From: the human T2T-CHM13v2.0 reference genome, Homo sapiens | Assembly: GCF_009914755.1 (NCBI RefSeq) | Contig: NC_060948.1 | Strand: one strand, 5' to 3' | Length of the DNA stretch: 64,000 nt | Shown: positions 54,966 through 64,000 of the stretch, in pieces | Layout of the letters: the number at the start of each line of letters is the position of its first letter | How positions within the stretch are numbered: position 1 is the stretch's first letter | Translations under genes and position numbers: made by a program | The notes under the pieces: generated by a model | The model's database searches: none | What the model was told of the DNA's origin: nothing | Seen by the model: only the letters and a program-made list of their open reading frames with translations

Positions 54966-57900
54966 GAATTCATTGGAATGGAAGGGAATGTAGTGTAATG
55001 GACAGGCCTGGAATAAAGTGGAATGCTACGGTCTCGAATGGAATAAAAATGTATGGAATGGAATGCAAAGAAACGGAATCGAATGTCATAGAATGTAATG
55101 GAATGCAAAAAAATGGAATCCAAAATCATTGACTGGAAAGGCTGGGTGTCGAAAGGAATTGACTCCAATGGAATGGAATCGAATGGAATGGAAGTGAATA
55201 GAATCGAACTAAATCGAATGGAATGGAATTGATAGGAACGGAATGGAAAGGAATGCAATGATTTGGCATGGAATGGAATCGAATGGCATCGAATGGAATG
55301 GAATGGAATGCAATGGAATGGAATGTATTAGAATGTAATGAACTTTAATGGAATGTACTCGAATGGATTCGACTGGAATGGAATGTTCTGGAAGTGAATG
55401 GACTCCAATGGAATGGATTCCAAAGGAATGGAATCGTACGGAATGGAATCTAATGGAATGGAATTAAATGGAAATGAATCAAATTGAATAGCACGGAATT
55501 GAATTGAATGGAATGGAATGCAATGGAATCTAATGAAACTGAAAGGAAAGGAATGGAATGGAATGGAATGGGCTGGAATGGAAAGGAATCGAAACGAATG
55601 GAATGGAATCGAACTGAAGAGACTGGAATGGAATGCACTGGAATGGAAGGGAGTGTAATGGAAGGTTCTCGAAAAAAATGGAATCGAATGGAATGGAATT
55701 GAATGGAACGGAATAGAGTCGAATGGAATTGAATGGAATGGAATGGACTAGAGTGAAATGGAATCGAACCACAAGGAATGGACAGGAATAGAATGGTCTC
55801 GAATTGAATGGAATCGTATGGAATGGCATCAAACGGAATGGAATGGACAGCCACGGAATGGAATGCACTCGAATGCAATGGAGTCGAAACTAATGGACTG
55901 GAATAGAATGGACTCGACTGGTACGGACTCCAATGGAATGGAATCGAATGGAAGGGAATCGAACGGAATGGACTCGAAGGGAAAAGACTGCAATGGAAAG
56001 GTCTCGAATGGAATGGAAATTAATGGAATGGAATGGAATCGAATGAAATGGAGTCAAAAGGAATGGAATCGAATGGCAAGAAATCGAATGTAATGGAATC
56101 GCAAGGAATTGATGTGAACGGAACGGAATGGAATGGAATCCAAAGGAATGGAATAGAATGGAATGGAATCGAATGGAAAGGACTCGAATGGAAATCACTC
56201 GAATAGAATGCAATTTAATAAAATAGGATCAAATGTAATGGAATGGAATGGAAAGGAATCGAAACGAAAGGAATGGAGACAGATGGAATGGAATGGAACA
56301 GAGAGCAATGGTATAGAATGGAATGGAATCATCTGGAATGGAATTGAATGGAATGGAATAATATGAAATGGAATGGAATGGAATGGAATGGAATGCCCTT
56401 GAATTAAATGGACTGGAATGGAATGGACTCGAACAGAGTGGAATGGAAAGTGTTGAGATAGAATGGAATGGACTCCTTTGGAATGGTGTAGTATGCAATG
56501 CAATCGACTGGCAGGGAATCAAAAGGAATGTAATGGAATGGATTGGACTGGAATGCAATGGACTCGAATAGATTGGAAACGGAATGCAAAGGAATGGAAT
56601 GGAATAGTATGGAATGGAATGGAAAGGAATGGAGTGGAATAGACTAGAGTGGAATGGAATGGACTGGAAAGCAATGGACTGGAATGGAACTTTCTTGAAT
56701 GGACTGGAATCAAACGGAATGGAATGCAATGCAATCAAATGGCATGGAATAAAATAGAATGAAAGAGAATCAAATGGAATTGAATCGAATGGAATCGAAT
56801 GGATTGGAAAGGAATAGAATGGAATGGAATGGAATTCACTCAAATGGAATGGACTAGAATGGAATGGATTCGAATGGAAGGCAAAGGAATGGAATCTATT
56901 GGAATGGACTGTAATGGAATGGAATGGAAGGGATTGGAATGGACTCGAATGGAATGGACTGCAATAGAAAGGATTCGAATGGAATGAAAAAGAATTGAAT
57001 GGAATAGAACAGAATGGAATCAAATCGAATGAAATGGAATGGAATAGAAAGGAATGGAATGAAATGGAATGGAAAGGATTCGAATGGAATGCAATCGAAT
57101 GGAATGGAATCGAACGGAATGGAATAAAATGGAAGAAAACTGGCAAGAAATGGAATCGAAATGAATGGAGTGTTATGGAACGGACTCAAAAGGAATTGAA
57201 TGTAATAGAATGGAGTGGAGTGGACTCGAATATAATGGACTGGAATGGAATGAAATCACATGGAATGGGAACGAATGGAATGGAATGGAAAGGAATGGAA
57301 TCGAATGGAAAGGAATCGAATGGAAGGGAATGAAATTGAATCAACAGGAATGGAAGGGAATAGAATAGACGGTAATGGAATGGACTCGAATAGAATGGAC
57401 ACGAATGCTGAAATTGAATGGACTCGAATGGAATGGAAACGAAAGGAATGTCATCGAATGGAATTGAATCGATTGGAATGAAATCGCATAGAATGGAGTG
57501 GAATCAAATGGAATTGAATCGAAAGGAAAGGAAGCGAATGGACTGAAATGAAATGGAATGGAATTGAATGGAAAGTAATGCAATGGAATAGAATGGAACG
57601 AAATTTCACGGAATGGAATCAAACTGAATGGAATCAAATCAATGGAATCAAATCAAATGGAATGGAAAGGAATTGAATGGAGTAGATTGGATTGGATGGG
57701 ATTGGAATGAAATGTACTGGAAAGGACTCGAATTTCATGAAACGGAATGGAATGAATTGGAACGGAATGGACTCGAATGGAATGGAATGTCATGGAATGG
57801 CATCAAATGGAATGGCATCAAATGGAATGGAATCGAATGCAATGGAATGCTATGGAATGGAATGGAATGCATTGGAATGGAATGTCCTCTAATGGAATGG

Positions 57901-58529
57901 ATTCGAGTGGAATGGAATCGAATATAATGGAGTCGAATGAAATGGAATTGAAAGGAATGGGATCGAATACAATGGAATATACTGGAATGTAATGTAATGA
58001 ACTCGAATGTAATTGACTGGAATGGAATGTACATGAATGGAATGTAATCGAATGGAAAGTAATCCAATGGAATAGAATCTAATGCAATAAAACCGACTCA
58101 GATAGAGTAGAATGTAATGGAATGGAGTGCAGTGCAATGGAAGGGAATGGAATTGAATGCAATGGAATGGAATGGAATGGAATGGAATGGAATGGAATGG
58201 AATGGGATGGAATGGTATGGAATGGATAGTAATGGACTGGAGTGAAATGGACTGGAAAGGAATGGACTCAAATTGAAAGGGCTCGAAAGGAATGGAGTCA
58301 AATGGAATGGTCTGGAATGGAATGAACACGAAAGTAATGCAATCCAATAGAATGGAATCGAATGGCATGGAATATAAAGAAATGGAATCGAAGAGAATGG
58401 AAACAAATGGAATGGAATTGAATGGAATGGAATTGAATGGAATGGGAACGAATGGAGTGAAATTGTATGCAGTAGAAGGGAATAGAATGTAATGTAAGCG
58501 AAAGGAAAGGAATGGATTGGAATGGAATG
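54966..58529 (+). repeat. Full-length DYZ1 unit, EcoRI-to-EcoRI 3564 bp
   Basis: 58530-54966 = 3564. All landmark motifs are present in the normal order, plus an extra GAATTC at 56832-56837. Confidence 0.9.
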
Positions 58530-60595
58530 GAATTCATTGGAATGGAAGGGAATGTAGTGTAATGGACAGGCCTGGAATAAAGTGGAATGCTACGGTCTCG
58601 AATGGAATAAAAATGTATGGAATGGAATGCAATGAAACGGAATCGAATGTCATAAAATGTAATGGAATGCAAAAAAATGGAATCCAAAATCATTGACTGG
58701 AAAGGCTGGGTGTCGAAAGGAATTGACTCCAATGGAATGGAATCGAATGGAATGGAAGTGAATAGAATCGAACTAAATCGAATGGAATGGAATTGATAGG
58801 AACGGAATGGAAAGGAATGCAATGATTTGGCATGGAATGGAATCGAATGGCATCGAATGGAATGGAATGGAATGCAATGGAATGGAATGTATTAGAATGT
58901 AATGAACTTTAATGGAATGTACTCGAATGGATTCGACTGGAATGGAATGTTCTGGAAGTGAATGGGCTCCAATGGAATGGAATCAAAAGGAATGGAATCG
59001 TACGGAATGGAATCTAATGTAATGGAATTAAATGGAAATGAATCAAATTGAATAGCACGGAATTGAATTGAATGGAATCGAATGCAATGGAATCTAATGA
59101 AACGGAAAGGAAAGGAATGGAATGGAATGGAATGGGCTGGAATGGAAAGGAATCGAAACGAATGGAATGGAATCGAACTGAAGAGACTGGAATGGAATGC
59201 ACTGGAATGGAAGGGAGTGTAATGGAAGGTTCTCGAAAGAAATGGAATCGAATGGAATGGAATTGAATGGAACGGAATAGAGTCGAATGGAATTGAATGG
59301 AATGGAATGGACTAGAGTGAAATGGAATCGAACCACAAGGAATGGACAGGAATAGAATGGTCTCGAATTGAATGGAATCGTATGGAATGGCATCAAACGG
59401 AATGGAATGGACAGCCACGGAATGGAATGCACTCGAATGCAATGGAGTCGAAACTAATGGACTGGAATAGAATGGACTCGACTGGTACGGACTCCAATGG
59501 AATGGAATCGAATGGAAGGGAATCGAACGGAATGGACTCGAAGGGAAAAGACTGCAATGGAAAGGTCTCGAATGGAATGGAAATTAATGGAATGGAATGG
59601 AATCGAATGAAATGGAGTCAAAAGGAATGGAATCGAATGGCAAGAAATCGAATGTAATGGAATCGCAAGGAATTGATGTGAACGGAACGGAATGGAATGG
59701 AATCCAAAGGAATGGAATAGAATGGAATGGAATCGAATGGAAAGGACTAGAATGGAAATCACTCGAATAGAATGCAATTTAATAAAATAGGATCAAATGT
59801 AATGGAATGGAATGGAAAGGAATCGAAACGAAAGGAATGGAGACAGATGGAATGGAATGGAACAGAGAGCAATGGTATAGAATGGAATGGAATCATCTGG
59901 AATGGAATTGAATGGAATGGAATAATATGAAATGGAATGGAATGGAATGGAATGGAATGGAATGCCCTTGAATTAAATGGACTGGAATGGAATGGACTCG
60001 AACAGAGTGGAATGGAAAGTGTTGAGATAGAATGGAATGGACTCCTTTGGAATGGTCTAGTATGCAATGCAATCGACTGGCAGGGAATCAAAAGGAATGT
60101 AATGGAATGGATTGGACTGGAATGCAATGGACAGGAATAGATTGGAAACGGAATGCAAAGGAATGGAATGGAATAGTATGGAATGGAATGGAAAGGAATG
60201 GAGTGGAATAGACTAGAGTGGAATGCAATGGACTGGAAAGCAATGGACTGGAATGGAACTTTCTTGAATGGACTGGAATCAAACAGAATGGAATGCAATG
60301 CAATCAAATGGCATGGAATAAAATAGAATGAAAGAGAATCAAATGGAATTGAATCGAATGGAATCGAATGGATTGGAAAGGAATAGAATGGAATGGAATG
60401 GAATTCACTCAAATGGAATGGACTAGAATGGAATGGATTCGAATGGAAGGCAAAGGAATGGAATCTATTGGAATGGACTGTAATGGAATGGAATGGAATT
60501 GAATGGAATGGGAACGAATGGAGTGAAATTGTATGCAGTAGAAGGGAATAGAATGGAATGCAAGCAAAAGGAAAGGAATGGATTGGAATGGAATG
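58530..60595 (+). repeat. Truncated DYZ1 unit (2066 bp) with ~1.5 kb internal deletion; junction at 60486-60498
   Basis: The conserved EcoRI sites are only 2066 bp apart. At 60475-60530, GGACTGTAATGGAATGGAATGGAA runs directly into TTGAATGGAATGGGAACGAATGGAGTG, two landmarks normally ~1.5 kb apart. The recurring ORF that starts at 17, 3556 ... 56995, 62635 is missing at ~60.56 kb. Confidence 0.95.
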
Positions 60596-63500
60596 GAATT
60601 CATTGGAATGGAAGGGAATGTAGTGTAATGGACAGGCCTGGAATAAAGTGGAATGCTACGGTCTCGAATGGAATAAAAATGTATGGAATGGAATGCAATG
60701 AAATGGAATCGAATGTCATAGAATGTAATGGAATGCAACAAAATGGAATCCAATATCATTGACTGGAAAGGCTGGGTGTTGAAAGGAATTGACTCCAATG
60801 GAATGGAATCGAATGGAATGGAAGTGAATAGAATCGAACTAAATCGAATGGAATGGAATTGATAGGAACGGAATGGAAAGGAATGCAATGATTTGGCATG
60901 GAATGGAATCGAATGGCATCGAATGGAATGGAATGGAATGCAATGGAATGGAATGTATTAGAATGTAATGAACTTTAATGGAATGTACTCGAATGGATTC
61001 GACTGGAATGGAATGTTCTGGAAGTGAATGGACTCCAATGGAATGGATTCAAAAGGAATGGAATCGTACGGAATGGAATCTAATGGAATGGAATTAAATG
61101 GAAATGAATCAAATTGAATAGCACGGAATTGAATTGAATGGAATGGAATGCAATGGAATCTAATGAAACGGAAAGGAAAGGAATGGAATGGAATGGAATG
61201 GGCTGGAATGGAAAGGAATCGAAACGAATGGAATGGAATCGAACTGAAGAGACTGGAATGGAATGCACTGGAATGGAAGGGAGTGTAATGGAAGGTTCTC
61301 GAAAAAAATGGAATGGAATGGAATGGAATTGAATGGAACGGAATAGAGTCGAATGGAATTGAATGGAATGGAATGGACTAGAGTGAAATGGAATCGAACC
61401 ACAAGGAATGGACAGGAATAGAATGGTCTCGAATTGAATGGAATCGTATGGAATGGCATCAAACGGAATGGAATGGACAGCCACGGAATGGAATGCACTC
61501 GAATGCAATGGAGTCGAAACTAATGGACTGGAATAGAATGGACTCGACTGGTACGGACTCCAATGGAATGGAATCGAATGGAAGGGAATCGAACGGAATG
61601 GACTCGAAGGGAAAAGACTGCAATGGAAAGGTCTCGAATGGAATGGAAATTAATGGAATGGAATGGAATCGAATGAAATGGAGTCAAAAGGAATGGAATC
61701 GAATGGCAAGAAATCGAATGTAATGGAATCGCAAGGAATTGATGTGAACGGAACGGAATGGAATGGAATCCAAAGGAATGGAATAGAATGGAATGGAATC
61801 GAATGGAAAGGACTCGAATGGCAATCACTCGAATAGAATGCAATTTAATAAAATAGGATCAAATGTAATGGAATGGAATGGAAAGGAATCGAAACGAAAG
61901 GAATGGAGACAGATGGAATGGAATGGAACAGAGAGCAATGGTATAGAATGGAATGGAATCATCTGGAATGGAATTGAATGGAATGGAATAATATGAAATG
62001 GAATGGAATGGAATGGAATGGAATGGAATGGAATGCCCTTGAATTAAATGGACTGGAATGGAATGGACTCGAACAGAGTGGAATGGAAAGTGTTGAGATA
62101 GAATGGAATGGACTCCTTTGGAATGGTGTAGTATGCAATGCAATCGACTGGCAGGGAATCAAAAGGAATGTAATGGAATGGATTGGACTGGAATGCAATG
62201 GACTCGAATAGATTGGAAACGGAATGCAAAGGAATGGAATGGAATAGTATGGAATGGAATGGAAAGGAATGGAGTGGAATAGACTAGAGTGGAATGGAAT
62301 GGACTGGAAAGCAATGGACTGGAATGGAACTTTCTTGAATGGACTGGAATCAAACGGAATGGAATGCAATGCAATCAAATGGCATGGAATAAAATAGAAT
62401 GAAAGAGAATCAAATGGAATTGAATCGAATGGAATCGAATGGATTGGAAAGGAATAGAATGGAATGGAATGGAATGGACTCAAATGGAATGGACTAGAAT
62501 GGAATGGATTCGAATGGAAGGCAAAGGAATGGAATCTATTGGAATGGACTGTAATTGAATGGAATGGAAGGGATTGGAATGGACTCGAATAGAATGGACT
62601 GCAATAGAAAGGATTCGAATGGAATGAAAAAGAATTGAATGGAATAGAACAGAATGGAATCAAATCGAATGAAATGGAATGGAATAGAAAGGAATGGAAT
62701 GAAATGGAATGGAAAGGATTCGAATGGAATGCAATCGAATGGAATGGAATCGAACGGAATGGAATAAAATGGAAGAAAACTGGCAAGAAATGGAATCGAA
62801 ATGAATGGAGTGTTATGGAACGGACTCAAAAGGAATTGAATGTAATAGAATGGAGTGGAGTGGACTCGAATATAATGGACTGGAATGGAATGAAATCACA
62901 TGGAATGGGAACGAATGGAATGGAATGGAAAGGAATGGAATCGAATGGAAAGGAATCGAATGGAAGGGAATGAAATTGAATCAACAGGAATGGAAGGGAA
63001 TAGAATAGACGGTAATGGAATGGACTCGAATAGAATGGACACGAATGCTCAAATTGAATGGACTCGAATGGAATGGAAACGAAAGGAATGTCATCGAATG
63101 GAATTGAATCGATTGGAATGAAATCGCATAGAATGGAGTGGAATCAAATGGAATTGAATCGAAAGGAAAGGAAGCGAATGGACTGAAATGAAATGGAATG
63201 GAATTGAATGGAAAGTAATGCAATGGAATAGAATGGAACGAAATTTCACGGAATGGAATCAAACTGAATGGAATCAAATCAATGGAATCAAATCAAATGG
63301 AACGGAAAGGAATTGAATGGAGTAGATTGGATTGGATGGGATTGGAATGAAATGTACTGGAAAGGACTCGAATTTCATGAAACGGAATGGAATGAATTGG
63401 AACGGAATGGACTCGAATGGAATGGAATGTCATGGAATGGCATCAAATGGAATGGCATCAAATGGAATGGAATCGAATGCAATGGAATGCTATGGAATGG

Positions 63501-64000
63501 AATGGAATGCATTGGAATGGAATGTCCTCTAATGGAATGGATTCGAGTGGAATGGAATCGAATATAATGGAGTCGAATGAAATGGAATTGAAAGGAATGG
63601 GATCGAATACAATGGAATATACTGGAATGTAATGTAATGAACTCGAATGTAATTGACTGGAATGGAATGTACATGAATGGAAGGTAATCGAATGGAAAGT
63701 AATCCAATGGAATAGAATCTAATGCAATAAAACCGACTCAGATAGAGTAGAATGTAATGGAATGGAGTGCAGTGCAATGGAATGGAATGGAATTGAATGC
63801 AATGGAATGGAATGGAATGGAATGGAATGGAATGGAATGGAATGGAATGGAATGGGATGGAATGGTATGGAATGGATAGTAATGGACTGGAGTGAAATGG
63901 ACTGGAAAGGAATGGACTCAAATTGAAAGGGCTCGAAAGGAATGGAGTCAAATGGAATGGTCTGGAATGGAATGAACACGAATGTAATGCAATCCAATAG

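Larger units (their letters stand above)
1..64000 (+). repeat. DYZ1: Human satellite III array, DYZ1 (HSat3A6)-type, ~3.56 kb higher-order unit built of degenerate GGAAT pentamers; most likely Yq12 heterochromatin
   Basis: Seen: GGAAT-derived pentamers throughout. The conserved EcoRI site recurs at 1512, 5085, 8664, 12237, 15786, 19354, 22908, 26457, 30000, 33554, 37113, 40690, 44279, 47873, 51402, 54966, 58530 and 60596, with AGGCCT ~38 bp downstream. Established: DYZ1 is a 3564-bp TTCCA-pentamer repeat released by HaeIII/EcoRI. No database alignment was run. Confidence 0.96.

Noticed and set aside
17-63997. Hundreds of 60-320 aa ORFs on both strands (MEWNG-rich on +, FHSIP-rich on -)
   Set aside because: These are the expected translations of (GGAAT)n and (ATTCC)n, which lack stop codons. 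They overlap in all frames, recur with the repeat period, and many begin at TTG rather than ATG. They have no recognisable domain or gene structure.
1-64000. CRISPR-like or other repeat-spacer array
   Set aside because: There are no unique spacers and no cas genes. The sequence is continuous eukaryotic satellite.
1-64000. DYZ2 (HSat1B), Alu/L1 insertion, or strand inversion
   Set aside because: I saw no AT-rich DYZ2 block, no Alu or L1 sequence and no switch to CATTC on the + strand anywhere in the window.
1-64000. Assignment as HSat2 or as an autosomal HSat3 (chr9, acrocentrics)
   Set aside because: Long GGAAT runs dominate rather than the HSat2 CATTCGATTC-type pattern, and the ~3.56 kb period with single EcoRI and HaeIII sites fits DYZ1. 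This was not confirmed by alignment.

Overview
The whole 64 kb window is one uninterrupted, single-orientation tandem array of degenerate (GGAAT)n pentamers, i.e. human satellite III with the purine-rich strand on +. It has a higher-order period of about 3.55-3.59 kb, and each unit normally carries one EcoRI site (GAATTC) followed about 38 bp later by one HaeIII/StuI site (AGGCCT). Two units are exactly 3564 bp. This matches the DYZ1 (HSat3A6) repeat of human Yq12 heterochromatin; the assignment is by recognition, with no alignment run. There are about 18.4 unit copies. I see no genes, RNA genes, transposons, DYZ2 block or inversion, and all listed ORFs are translation artefacts of the pentamer. 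I found no novel biological system. The informative signal is internal to the array: (i) a 2066-bp unit created by a ~1.5 kb deletion with 13-bp microhomology, lying in a locally more diverged tract; (ii) nested 1-, 2-, 3- and 4-unit duplications readable from shared variants; (iii) a unit subtype confined to the left half; (iv) a private 8-bp duplication; (v) two hypervariable pure (GGAAT)n tracts per unit; (vi) three perfect canonical heat-shock elements per unit. All coordinates and counts were read by eye.
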